The position numbers and the translations under genes are program-made. A DNA stretch of 36,420 nucleotides. Origin: Pseudolysinimonas sp. (GTDB taxonomy: Bacteria; Actinomycetota; Actinomycetes; Actinomycetales; Microbacteriaceae). The notes beneath the pieces are model-generated. The model searched no databases. It saw only the letters and a program-made list of their open reading frames with translations, and was not told the DNA's origin. Positions 9,787 to 18,698 of this stretch are shown in pieces (positions within the stretch are counted from its first letter, which is position 1; every line of letters begins with the position of its first letter). The stretch covers positions 1 to 36,420 of the forward strand of contig NZ_JANMSQ010000026.1 of NCBI RefSeq assembly GCF_031389465.1. Direction: 5' to 3'.

Positions 9787-10685
9787 CAGCGCTGACCGCC
9801 CCCGCCCCGCCCGTGACGACGGGACCGGCGGGAGGCGCCGACCAAGCGTGTCTCGTCATCCACGGCCCCGACCGGCCGGGGATCGTCGCGGCCGTTTCCG
9901 CTCTCATCGCCCGCCACGGGGGCAACATCGTCACCCTCGACCAGTACTCTGACGATCCGGAAGGCGGCGAATTCTTCCAGCGCGTGGTGTTTCACCGGCA
10001 CGACTTGCGCGTGGCGGTTCCGGCGATCGAGGCCGACCTCGCCGAGACCCTCGGTCCGTTGAACCAGGAGTGGCGGCTGACCGACCAGAGCACGCCGAAG
10101 CGGATGGCGATTCTCGCGTCGCAGAGCGACCACTGCCTGCTCGATCTGCTGTGGCGTCACCGTCGCGGCGAACTGCCCGTCAGCATCCCGATGGTCATCA
10201 GCAACCACACCAATCTGGCGGAAGACGTCCGGTCGTTCGGCGTGCCCTTCCTCCACATCCCGTCGCAAGGGCCCGACAAGTCGGAGGCCGAAGCCAGGAT
10301 CGTCGAGGCTCTCGCCGGCAACGCCGACTTCGTGGTGCTGGCGCGGTACATGCAGATCCTGTCGAGCGACTTCCTGAGCGGGGTCGGGGTGCCGGTCATC
10401 AACATCCATCACTCCTTCCTGCCCGCATTCATCGGCGCGGCGCCGTATCGCAAGGCGAAGGAGCGCGGCGTGAAGCTGATCGGCGCGACGAGCCACTACG
10501 TCACGGAAGACCTCGACGAAGGCCCGATCATCGAGCAGGACGTGGTTCGGGTCACGCACGCCGATAGCGCTGCCGATCTGCAGCGCCGCGGCGCCGACGT
10601 GGAGCGCGCGGTACTGAGCCGCGCCGTTCTGTGGCACGCGCAGGACCGGGTGATCCGGCACGGGAACCACACGATCATCTTCTGA
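9783..10685 (+). CDS. purU: Formyltetrahydrofolate deformylase
   Basis: ACT domain GPDRPGIVAAVS; VLARYMQILS, INIHHSFLPAF, GVKLIGATSHYVTEDLDEGPIIEQ motifs. Confidence 0.95.
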   Translation: MTALTAPAPPVTTGPAGGADQACLVIHGPDRPGIVAAVSALIARHGGNIVTLDQYSDDPEGGEFFQRVVFHRHDLRVAVPAIEADLAETLGPLNQEWRLTDQSTPKRMAILASQSDHCLLDLLWRHRRGELPVSIPMVISNHTNLAEDVRSFGVPFLHIPSQGPDKSEAEARIVEALAGNADFVVLARYMQILSSDFLSGVGVPVINIHHSFLPAFIGAAPYRKAKERGVKLIGATSHYVTEDLDEGPIIEQDVVRVTHADSAADLQRRGADVERAVLSRAVLWHAQDRVIRHGNHTIIF

Positions 10686-11606
10686 TCGAGGCGGAAGCCT
10701 CGGGCGCCTCATGGGCGACGAGGAAGGCGTGCAGCGTCGAGTACTTGGCGGTGCGCGGTGAGCCCTGCGGGCGAGCCAACCCGACGGTGGCGGTGGGCAG
10801 GTCGTCGGAGAGCTCGAGCACGGCGACCGAATGCCCGTCATAGGTCAGGTGTGACGCCGGACGCTGGATGAGCACCGAGTAGCCGAGCCCACGGCCGACC
10901 AGGCAGCGGGCGAGCTCGTAGTTGGTAGTCGTGTGCCGGATGTCGGGCTCGAGTCCGAGCGATGCGAAGAGGTACTCGGTGTTCTCGCGGCTGGGCTGCA
11001 GGTCGAGCTGGATGAGCGGCTCACCGACGAGGTCTCGCAGCTTCACGGTGCCGCGCCCGGCGAGCGGGTGTGCGTCCGCGACGATCACATACGGCCGGTA
11101 CTCGTGGAGGGGGTCGAACGAGAGCCGATCTAGACGTCGACGCCGTACATCAGGGCCGCGTCGATGCGGCCCTGCAGCAGCAATTCGTGCAGTTCGGGCG
11201 CCGTCGCCTCGGCGATGAACTCGAGCTCGAGATCGGGATGATCGCGGCGGAATCCGTCCATCACGCCGGGAAGGAAGAACGGCGCGAGCGTCGAGAAGCA
11301 CCCGATCGCGAATCGGCCGGTGAGGGCCGTCGCGTTCTCCGACGCCTCGTCGGCGAGGGTCTCGGCACTCGCGAGCAGCTGCCGTGCGTGCGTCAGAAGC
11401 CGAGCCCCGGCGGGGGCGAGGGTCATGCCCTTTCCCTTCCGTCGCACGAACAGCTGCAGCGAGAGGTGGCGTTCCAGTTCGGTGAGGGCGAGCGCGAGTG
11501 CGGCCGCGCTCACGTGGCACCGCTCGGCCGCCGCGGTGAGCGAGCCCTCGCTCGCGACGGCGTCGAAGTATTCGAGTTGCCGAAGCGTGAACGGGACCGA
11601 TGTCAT
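10675..11606 (-). pseudogene. LysR family regulator with an apparent 1-nt frameshift near 11130-11135 (or a sequencing error)
   Basis: HTH FTLRQLEYF...SLTAAAERCHVS in ORF 11606-11130 ends at TAG; the C-terminal substrate-binding domain (DRLSFDPLHEY...LVGRGLGYSVL) continues in another frame to 10675; one added base gives about 310 aa. Confidence 0.85.
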
Positions 11607-11631
11607 TCAAGTTCCTTTGTGGTGTGAGCCT

Positions 11632-11650
11632 ATCTAAACACGTTTTACAT
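11632..11650. promoter_or_regulatory. Putative LysR binding site (T-N11-A within the dyad ATCTAAA-cacgt-TTTACAT)
   Basis: AT-rich 6/7 inverted repeat between the divergent lysR and ligM-like genes; T11635-N11-A11647. Confidence 0.55.
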
Positions 11651-11714
11651 GGGAGCACGTGATGTCGAGACTGATGACGGGCCACCGCTGCCCGCCATTC
11701 ACAAAGGAGAGAAC

Positions 11715-13100
11715 ATGGCCAACAATCTCGAAGAGGCGATTGCCGAGGCCGGCAGCCCGCACACGTTGTTGTGGGAGTCGCAGAGCCCGCCCATCGTCAG
11801 CACCCCGGTCACGCCGGAGTTCAGCAACTGGCGCGACGAGCAACTCGCGTGGCGTCGTGGTGCGGTGTTGTTCGATCAGTCGCACCACATGGCCGACCTC
11901 AACATCAAGGGCCCGGACGCGCTCAAGCTGATCCGCGACACCGCCGTCAACAGCGTCGAATACTTCCCCGTCAACAGTGCCAAGCAGTACGTCGCGGCGA
12001 ATGCCGAGGGACAGCTCATCGGCGACAACATCCTCTTCCGCTACGAAGAGGACGAGTTCCAGGCCGTCGGGATCCCCCCGACCATCAGTTGGCTGCAGTT
12101 CCACGCCGAGACCGGCGGCTACGACGTCGAGATCTCGCGCGACAACCCGTCCTACGCGCGCGTCGGTGGGGGCGACCCGGTCTCGTACCGCTATGAGGTG
12201 CAGGGCCCCGGCGCGATGGATGTCATCCGCGACGCGCTCGGCGAAGAGCCGCCGACTGTGAAGTTCTTCCACGGTGAGCGCTTCACGATCGCCGGCAAGA
12301 TGGTGCGCGCTCTGCGGCACGGCATGGCGGGCGAACCGGGCTTCGAGTTCGTCGGACCCTGGGCGGATCGCGAGGCGGTCTATGGCGCATTGCTCGAAGC
12401 GGGCAAGAAGCACGGACTCGTCGAAGTGGGCGGTCGGGCCTACCTGACCAACTCGCTCGAGTCCGGCTGGATGCCGCGGCCTCTTCCCGCCTTCTACGCG
12501 GGGGAGAGCACCGCGGGCTTCCGCAAGTGGCTGGCGGCAGGCGACGTGGATGCCCGCGTCTCGCTCGGCGGCAGCTTCTACTCCCCGAACATCGAGGACT
12601 ACTTTCTCTCGCCCTTCGACGCCGGCTACGGCCGCATCACGAAGTTCGACCACGACTTCATCGGTCGCGACGCGCTCGCGAAGCAGGTGACCGACGGGCG
12701 CGCGACTCAGCGCCGCAAGGTGACGCTCGTCTGGAACGGCGACGACACCGAGAAGGCGTTCGGCTCGATGTTCCACCCGGGGGTCGGCGCGAAGTTCATC
12801 AACCTGCCGATCGCCCACTACGCGACCTATCACTACGACAAGGTCGAGTCGACGGCGGGTGAGTTCGCGGGGCTGTCGCTCCACACGGGCTACTCGGCGA
12901 ACTTCCGCTCGATGCTCTCGATCGCGACCGTCGATGCGTCGGTCGCCGAGCCCGGCACCGAGGTCGTGGTGACCTGGGGCGAACCGACCCCCTCCTCGAA
13001 GGTTCAGGTCGAGGACCACGTTCCCGTCACGATTCGCGCCACGGTCAACCCGGCGCCGATCGACGGGAACGCACGCAACGAGTACCGCAAGAACGACTGA
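11715..13100 (+). CDS. ligM: THF-dependent aryl O-demethylase-like aminomethyltransferase (LigM/DesA, GcvT family)
   Basis: EFSNWRDEQ, LFDQSHHM, YRYEVQGP, LRHGMAGEPGFE, GRAYLTNSLESGWMPRPLPA and KFDHDFIGRDAL motifs; AAAGGAG RBS. Confidence 0.82.
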   Translation: MANNLEEAIAEAGSPHTLLWESQSPPIVSTPVTPEFSNWRDEQLAWRRGAVLFDQSHHMADLNIKGPDALKLIRDTAVNSVEYFPVNSAKQYVAANAEGQLIGDNILFRYEEDEFQAVGIPPTISWLQFHAETGGYDVEISRDNPSYARVGGGDPVSYRYEVQGPGAMDVIRDALGEEPPTVKFFHGERFTIAGKMVRALRHGMAGEPGFEFVGPWADREAVYGALLEAGKKHGLVEVGGRAYLTNSLESGWMPRPLPAFYAGESTAGFRKWLAAGDVDARVSLGGSFYSPNIEDYFLSPFDAGYGRITKFDHDFIGRDALAKQVTDGRATQRRKVTLVWNGDDTEKAFGSMFHPGVGAKFINLPIAHYATYHYDKVESTAGEFAGLSLHTGYSANFRSMLSIATVDASVAEPGTEVVVTWGEPTPSSKVQVEDHVPVTIRATVNPAPIDGNARNEYRKND

Positions 13101-13104
13101 CGCG

Positions 13105-13136
13105 ATCCGGTGGCGGAGGACCCTCCGCCACCGGAT
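13105..13136 (+). terminator. Strong GC hairpin after the ligM-like gene
   Basis: ATCCGGTGGCGGAGG-ac-CCTCCGCCACCGGAT, a perfect 15-bp inverted repeat 4 nt after the stop. Confidence 0.75.
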
Positions 13137-13162
13137 TCGCTCCAGGAGGTGAGGAGCCCAGC

Positions 13163-13405
13163 GTGGCCCGCGGATCAGTGATCGGTCGCCAGGTGGCGAT
13201 CATGCAGGCGACGCTCGAAGGCGATCAGCCTTCCCTGTCTGACCTCGCCGAACGGGCCGATCTGCCCTTGAGCACGACCCACCGCCTGGTGGGAAACCTG
13301 TGTGCACAGGGCCTGCTGCGCAAGACACCGTGGCTCACCTATCTGCCCGGATCTCGGCTGCTCGAACTCGTTGATACTGGGGTACAGCGTGCGAGATCGG
13401 GATAG
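13163..13405 (+). pseudogene. IclR-type HTH-only fragment (80 aa), probably truncated
   Basis: SLSDLAERADLPLSTTHRLVGNL...YLPGSRLLEL is an IclR N-terminal HTH; no effector domain; the stop lies inside the duplicated segment. Confidence 0.7.
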
Positions 13406-13456
13406 TGAGGCATGACCCTCCTCGACCGCATCCGCGAGTTGGTGATCGGCGACGAC
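13401..13456 (+). repeat. Imperfect 56-bp direct repeat, copy 1 (remnant of the promoter and first 15 codons of the gene at 14527)
   Basis: gatagtgaggcATGACCCTCCTCGACCGCATCCGCGAGTTGGTGATCGGCGACGAC versus 14516-14571; 5 mismatches. Confidence 0.92.
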
Positions 13457-13529
13457 TTCATCTCCGGCGAACTCGACCCGAGCGCGAAATTTGCGAACAC
13501 GTTCCACCTCGCCGCTTAGGATCGGCGTC

Positions 13530-14498
13530 ATGCGCGTCGCTGTCGTCGGAGCCGGGGGATGGGGCGAACAGCACGCGCGGATCTTCTCCCGCCGCCCCGA
13601 CACCGAGTTGGTCGGTGTACTCGGACGCGACCCCGAGCGCACCGCGACACGTGCGGCCGCCTACGGCACTCAAGGCTTCACCGATCTCGACGTCATGCTC
13701 GAGCAGGCCCGGCCCGATCTCGTCACCGTCTGCCTGCCCAACGAGCAGCACTTCGAGGTGACGCTGCGACTCGTGAAAGCCGGAGTGCCGCTGCTCGTCG
13801 AGAAGCCGCTGGTCTTCGACCTCCAGGAGGCCGACACGCTGCTCGTCGAAGCCGCGAAGCGGGGCCTGTTCTTCGCGATCAACTTCAACCATCGCTACGC
13901 CGAGCCGGTGGCGCGCGCCCACGCCGCGATCGCGGACGGCGTCATCGGCACGCCGGTGTTCGCCACCTGGCGGTTCGGCGGCGAAGCGAATCACGGCACC
14001 TCGCGGCACGCGAACCTGATCGAGACCCAGTGTCACGGGTTCGACCTGCTCGAGTATCTGGTCGGCCCGATCTCGTCGGTCGCGGCGCAGATGACGGATG
14101 CGACCTACGGCGACTGGAGCACCGTCGCTCTCGCGCTCGAGTTTCAGAATCGGGCTGTCGGCACGATGCTCGGCAGCTACGACTCGTCCTACGCGTATCT
14201 CGACTCCCAGCTCGTCGAGATCAACGGCACGGAAGGTCGTCTGATGATTCACGACACCGTGCGGGAGCTGAGCATCCAGCGCGCGGGCGACGAAACCGCC
14301 CAGGTGTGGCGTGCCGGGTATTTCAACGACGAGGCCCGCGACTTTCACGGCACATTCGACCGACACGTAGATGCGGTTCTTTCAGCCCTGCGCGCGGGGG
14401 AGCAGCCCCCGGTGCATGCCTCCGCCGGGCGCCGCGCGCTCGAACTCGCGCACGCCGCGATCACCTCGCACGAGACAGGTCGCCGGGTTTCGGTCTGA
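13530..14498 (+). CDS. Gfo/Idh/MocA family oxidoreductase
   Basis: VAVVGAGGWG Rossmann motif, LLVEKP, NFNHRY and HGFD; leaderless TAGGAT-N7-ATG at 13517-13530. Confidence 0.92.
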   Translation: MRVAVVGAGGWGEQHARIFSRRPDTELVGVLGRDPERTATRAAAYGTQGFTDLDVMLEQARPDLVTVCLPNEQHFEVTLRLVKAGVPLLVEKPLVFDLQEADTLLVEAAKRGLFFAINFNHRYAEPVARAHAAIADGVIGTPVFATWRFGGEANHGTSRHANLIETQCHGFDLLEYLVGPISSVAAQMTDATYGDWSTVALALEFQNRAVGTMLGSYDSSYAYLDSQLVEINGTEGRLMIHDTVRELSIQRAGDETAQVWRAGYFNDEARDFHGTFDRHVDAVLSALRAGEQPPVHASAGRRALELAHAAITSHETGRRVSV

Positions 14499-14515
14499 GC
14501 CCCCACCTCCGGCGC

Positions 14516-14571
14516 GATAATGGGGCATGACCCTGCTCGACCGCATCCGGGAGTCGGTGATCGGCGACGAC
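14516..14571 (+). repeat. Imperfect 56-bp direct repeat, copy 2 (functional gene start)
   Basis: gataatggggcATGACCCTGCTCGACCGCATCCGGGAGTCGGTGATCGGCGACGAC. Confidence 0.92.
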
Positions 14572-16188
14572 CAGGTGATGCCCGGCCCGTTCGGTCCCCG
14601 CCGCGTGACGTACGCGGACTACACGGCAAGCGGCCGGTCACTGACGTTCATCGAGGACTTCATCCGCGACGAAGTGCTGCCGCGCTACGCGAACACCCAC
14701 ACCGAATCCTCCGGCACCGGGCTGCAGACGACCCGACTGCGGGAGGATGCTCGCGCCGCCATCCGCGCGTCCGTTCACGGCACCGCCGACACCGTGGTGA
14801 TCTTCACCGGCAGCGGATCAACGGCCGCCATCGACAAGCTGGTCGGCATCCTGGGGCTGCGCATCCCGGCCGACCTCGACCGCACATACCGGCTCAGCGC
14901 GACCATCCCGAAGGAGGAGCGTCCGGTCGTCTTCATCGGACCGTTCGAGCACCACAGCAACGAGCTTCCCTGGCGGGAGAGCATCGCCGACGTCGTGACG
15001 ATCCCTGAGGATGCCGACGGGCACGTCGACATCCTGGCGCTTGAAGAAGCACTCGAGGCATACAAAGAACGCCCGCTCAAGATCGGGTCGTTCAGCGCGG
15101 CGAGCAACGTGACCGGCATCATCACCGACACGACCCTCGTCACCCGCACCCTGCACGAGCACAGCGCCCTCGCATTCTGGGATTTCGCAGCAGCCGCCCC
15201 CTACGTCGACATCGACGTCACTGCGGGTGACTTCGACGCTGTGTTCCTGTCGCCGCACAAGTTCATCGGCGGGCCGGGCACCCCGGGGGTGCTGATCGCG
15301 CATCGGCGCATTCTCACCAACTCGGTTCCCGACGTCGTGGGTGGCGGCACCGTCGCCTACGTGAACCAGCTCGAGCACCGCTACCTCGCTGACCCCGCCC
15401 ACCGGGAGGAGGGCGGAACGCCGGCGATCATCGAGTCGATCCGCGCCGGCCTGGTGTTCGGGCTTAAGGATGCCGTTGGCGTCGACACGATCCGCGCGGT
15501 CGAAGACGCGTTCCTGAGCCGCGCGATGGAGTCGTGGAAGCAGCACCCCAACATCCAGGTGCTCGGCAACTCCGACGCCGAGCGGCTGTCGATCATCTCG
15601 TTCGTCGTGAAACGCCACGGCGGCAAGTACTTGCACCACAACGCGGTCGTCGCCATCCTCAACGACCTGTTCGGCATCCAATCGAGGGGTGGATGCTCCT
15701 GCGCCGGCCCCTACGGACACCGGCTGCTCGGCATCGACATCGAGACTTCGCACGAGTTCGAGCGCGAGATCGCCCGTGGCTGCGAAGGCATCAAGCCCGG
15801 CTGGGTGCGGGTCAATTTCAATTACTTCATCAGCGACACCGTGTTTCGTTACATCGTGCAGGCGGTCGAGTTGGTCGCCGACTTGGGGTGGAAGCTCGTG
15901 CCGCAGTACCGGTTCTCACTCGAGACCGGACTGTGGCGTCACGAGAACGGTCCGGTCGAGCCGCCGCTGCGGCTCACCGACGTGGGCTACGACGCCGACG
16001 GTCGGATGACGTTTCCGCGACACGAGGACACCGCACCGGAGTCGGTGTTGGCGGGGTACCTCGAGGAGGCGCGGGCGCTGTTAGCGTCGCTCCCGGATGC
16101 TGACACCATTCCGCAGGCGACGGATGCCGACCTCGGAGACGACCTCGAGCGGCTGCGCTGGTTCGATCTTCCGGCGGTGTCGCTGTGA
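14527..16188 (+). CDS. Aminotransferase class V-fold PLP enzyme (cysteine desulfurase-like)
   Basis: YADYTASG, EHHSNELPW, SNVTG, WDFAAAAP, SPHKFIGGPG (PLP Lys), GGTP and RGGCSCAGPY motifs. Confidence 0.9.
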   Translation: MTLLDRIRESVIGDDQVMPGPFGPRRVTYADYTASGRSLTFIEDFIRDEVLPRYANTHTESSGTGLQTTRLREDARAAIRASVHGTADTVVIFTGSGSTAAIDKLVGILGLRIPADLDRTYRLSATIPKEERPVVFIGPFEHHSNELPWRESIADVVTIPEDADGHVDILALEEALEAYKERPLKIGSFSAASNVTGIITDTTLVTRTLHEHSALAFWDFAAAAPYVDIDVTAGDFDAVFLSPHKFIGGPGTPGVLIAHRRILTNSVPDVVGGGTVAYVNQLEHRYLADPAHREEGGTPAIIESIRAGLVFGLKDAVGVDTIRAVEDAFLSRAMESWKQHPNIQVLGNSDAERLSIISFVVKRHGGKYLHHNAVVAILNDLFGIQSRGGCSCAGPYGHRLLGIDIETSHEFEREIARGCEGIKPGWVRVNFNYFISDTVFRYIVQAVELVADLGWKLVPQYRFSLETGLWRHENGPVEPPLRLTDVGYDADGRMTFPRHEDTAPESVLAGYLEEARALLASLPDADTIPQATDADLGDDLERLRWFDLPAVSL

Positions 16189-16403
16189 TGAGCGAACTCA
16201 CGGTGCGGGATTCGGTGCGCACCTGGTTGAAGCACCCGGTCGGTGGCCCGCTCATTCGGGATGCCCTCGCCGAGGCGGGTGTCGACGAGAAGGTGCTCGC
16301 GCCGGTCGGGTTCTTCTCGCTGGAGCGGGTCATCGCGATGGCGGGCGATCGCATCCCGGCGGGGGTCGTCGACGAGCTCGTTCGCCGCACCAACGCCGAC
16401 TGA
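16188..16403 (+). CDS. Small hypothetical protein (71 aa), translationally coupled to the PLP enzyme
   Basis: TGATG stop/start overlap; good GC3 bias; sequence SVRTWLKHPVGGPLI... Confidence 0.75.
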   Translation: MSELTVRDSVRTWLKHPVGGPLIRDALAEAGVDEKVLAPVGFFSLERVIAMAGDRIPAGVVDELVRRTNAD

Positions 16404-16417
16404 CTTAGCGTTGAGAA

Positions 16418-17101
16418 GTGCGCACGCTCAGCTACAACCTCGAAAAGCACAAGGCCGCGGGAGAGCTGGTTGCCCTTACCGAACGGCACGACCTCGACAT
16501 CCTCTGCCTGCAGGAGGCACTGACCACCGCGCTGCCCGCCGAACTCGGCCCGCTGCACCTCGCCGATTCGACGCATCGCAATCGGCTGGGGCTGGCGATC
16601 TACCACCGCCGCGACCGCTTCGAGTCGCTGGAGACGAAGGCGTTCGCGCTCAAGAAGGGGCTGCACGACCGCATTGCGTCACCCGCGCATGAGCGACTGC
16701 TCGTTGCACGGCTTCGGGATGTCGAGCTAGAGCGCGAGCTGCTCGTCGCGTCGTTCCATGCCTCTCCGCTCACGGCGCTCAACTCGCTGCGTCGCCACCA
16801 GATCGCGTCGGCTCACGACCGGTTGCGCGACCTCGGACCGGGGCTGCCGACGCTCATGGTCGGCGACTACAACTACCCGCTCGGCAAGGCGCGGCTCGGC
16901 ACGCGGATGCTCAAAGGCGGCTACGACCTCACCCTCAGCGACGCGCGGACCTACACCCGTTACAAGGTCGTGCGCGGGCACTTCGACTTCGCCACCTCGG
17001 CCGGGATGACGATCCACGGCATCGAGACCCTCCCGCGCGGCGGGTCGGATCACCTGCCGATCGTCGTCACCTCGAGCTATCGCGACGAGGCCCCGTCGTG
17101 A
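16418..17101 (+). CDS. Endonuclease/exonuclease/phosphatase (EEP) family protein
   Basis: LSYNL, DILCLQE, SFH, MVGDYN, HFD and SDHLPI motifs; leaderless TAGCGT-N6-GTG. Confidence 0.92.
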   Translation: MRTLSYNLEKHKAAGELVALTERHDLDILCLQEALTTALPAELGPLHLADSTHRNRLGLAIYHRRDRFESLETKAFALKKGLHDRIASPAHERLLVARLRDVELERELLVASFHASPLTALNSLRRHQIASAHDRLRDLGPGLPTLMVGDYNYPLGKARLGTRMLKGGYDLTLSDARTYTRYKVVRGHFDFATSAGMTIHGIETLPRGGSDHLPIVVTSSYRDEAPS

Positions 17102-17365
17102 TCAGGACGCTGTGGGGGCTATTGTCGTGCCGACGGTCGCCCGAGCGGACTTCGTCGCGGCATCGACGGCTTCTGTGACCTTCTCCCCCAACGGGACGGC
17201 CTTCTCGACGGCCCCCGACGCCTGCTTCGCGACCTTCTGCACGCGCGGGTCGAGCCACAGTTCACTGGCACGCAGCTTGAGCTTCTCGTAGTCCTTGCGT
17301 CCGCGACTGGTGCCGAACAGGTAGCCGGCGCCAAGGCCGGCGGCGAAGAGCAGTTTTCCGTACAT
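17102..17365 (-). CDS. Small membrane-anchored YtxH-like hypothetical protein
   Basis: MYGKLLFAAGLGAGYLFGTSRGRKDYEKLK...W.DPRVQ; AGGAGG RBS before ATG 17365. Confidence 0.82.
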   Translation of the reverse strand: MYGKLLFAAGLGAGYLFGTSRGRKDYEKLKLRASELWLDPRVQKVAKQASGAVEKAVPLGEKVTEAVDAATKSARATVGTTIAPTAS

Positions 17366-17481
17366 GGTGAGGATCCTCCTGAGGTAGGTGGTCGACGTTA
17401 CGCGGCGGGCACGCACGCGCCGAGGGCCTTGACGGATGTCGCGGGGTTTGCTTCGTCGGCGGCCGGGGCGACGATGGAGCG

Positions 17482-17907
17482 GTGAATGAGCTCGAGTCGC
17501 CGTGTCGGGTCTGCTGGTCGCGCTCCGGTATCCGTACCCCGACGGGGTGGGTCTGCGCGGTGTGCGGGTGGCGAGTCGGCGAGTACATCGATCCCGGCTT
17601 GCCGCTGCCCCGCATCAACGTCGTCTACTACGTGCGCCTCGGCGAACGGGTGAAGATCGGCACGACGTTCAACCCTCGGCAGCGGTTCGCGGCCTTGCTG
17701 CACGAAGAGGTGCTGGCATTCGAGCGCGGCGACCGCACCCTCGAGCAGCGGCGACATGTGGAGTTCGCCGATGACCGGCTCGGAACGTCGGAGTGGTTCG
17801 CGTTGACGCCGAGGCTCGCCGCGCACATCGATGCGCTCGAGGCCGGCATCGACCCGTGGCACACGCACGCTCGTTGGCTGGCGGACGCGCTCCGCGAGCT
17901 CAGTTGA
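17482..17907 (+). CDS. GIY-YIG-like (T5orf172/MUG113-type) nuclease family protein with an N-terminal Zn ribbon
   Basis: CxxC...CxxC, then VVYYV...VKIGTT..PRQR...LE..RH..F.......EWF. Confidence 0.78.
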   Translation: MNELESPCRVCWSRSGIRTPTGWVCAVCGWRVGEYIDPGLPLPRINVVYYVRLGERVKIGTTFNPRQRFAALLHEEVLAFERGDRTLEQRRHVEFADDRLGTSEWFALTPRLAAHIDALEAGIDPWHTHARWLADALRELS

Positions 17908-17915
17908 GTCTGGGC

Positions 17916-18689
17916 TCAGTTGAGCGGCGGGGTGTCTTCCGGAATGACGCCGTCACCGTAAAGGTCGGTTCCGAGATCGCGGAGGGCGCGCAACGCCACC
18001 CGCTGCGTGAACGGGCCGTACGAGATGCGCGCGACCCCGAGAGCCTCGTATTCCGCGGCGGGCAGCGCGCCGGGAACCCCGATCACCGAGACCTTGCCGC
18101 GACCGATGCCGGCGACGAGCTGCTCGACGACCTCGCGCGGGTGCCCGCCGGGCACGAACACCAGAGCCGCACCGTTGTCGAGGAACGCCGTACCGCGCGC
18201 GATGGCTTCGGCGATCTTCTGCTCGAGCGGGATCTCGCCGCTGCGTGGCGTCAGGGCATCCGTGCGGGCGTTGAGCTGGAAGGCGACACCCTCCTTCTCG
18301 GCGGCGGCGGTGATCGCCGCGACGCGGGCCACCGCTTCGTCGAACGGTCGCATCCGGTCTTCGACGTTCGCCCCGATGATGCCGAAGCCGATCGCCCGAC
18401 GGATCGTCTCGGCCGGGTCGTCGTACCCGTCGTCGAGGTCGGCCGACACCGGCAGGTCGACCGCCTCGGCGATGATGCGCGCTCCGTCGAGCGCGATGTC
18501 GAGCGGCATCTGCCCGTCGGCGTACCCACGGCTCGCGGCGATCGAGTGCCCGGCGGTCGCCAGCGCCGTCGTGCCGGGGAGGTCGGCGATGATTTTCGCG
18601 CTGATCGCATCCCAGACGTTGACGACGCGCAGGATCTCGGGGGCTTCGTGCAACGCCTTTAGTGCCAGGGCCTTCTCGTGAGTACTCAT
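17916..18689 (-). CDS. Isocitrate lyase / PEP mutase family protein
   Basis: NVWDAISA, ALATAGHSIA, PVSADLDDGY, GANVED, LNARTD and LGVARISYGP motifs; leaderless TAGCCT-N6-ATG. Confidence 0.9.
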   Translation of the reverse strand: MSTHEKALALKALHEAPEILRVVNVWDAISAKIIADLPGTTALATAGHSIAASRGYADGQMPLDIALDGARIIAEAVDLPVSADLDDGYDDPAETIRRAIGFGIIGANVEDRMRPFDEAVARVAAITAAAEKEGVAFQLNARTDALTPRSGEIPLEQKIAEAIARGTAFLDNGAALVFVPGGHPREVVEQLVAGIGRGKVSVIGVPGALPAAEYEALGVARISYGPFTQRVALRALRDLGTDLYGDGVIPEDTPPLN

Positions 18690-18698
18690 CGTTCGAGG

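Noticed and set aside
11105-11140. Programmed ribosomal frameshift in lysR
   Set aside because: No slippery heptamer before the TAG, and the C5 run lies downstream of the stop; a simple 1-nt loss or sequencing error is more parsimonious
11634-13019. 461-aa minus-strand ORF opposite the ligM-like gene
   Set aside because: Shadow ORF; the plus-strand protein carries all GcvT/LigM motifs and a clear RBS
13401-14571. IS or transposon carrying the Gfo/Idh/MocA gene
   Set aside because: No transposase or terminal inverted repeats, and the 56-bp diverged repeat is too long for a typical target-site duplication
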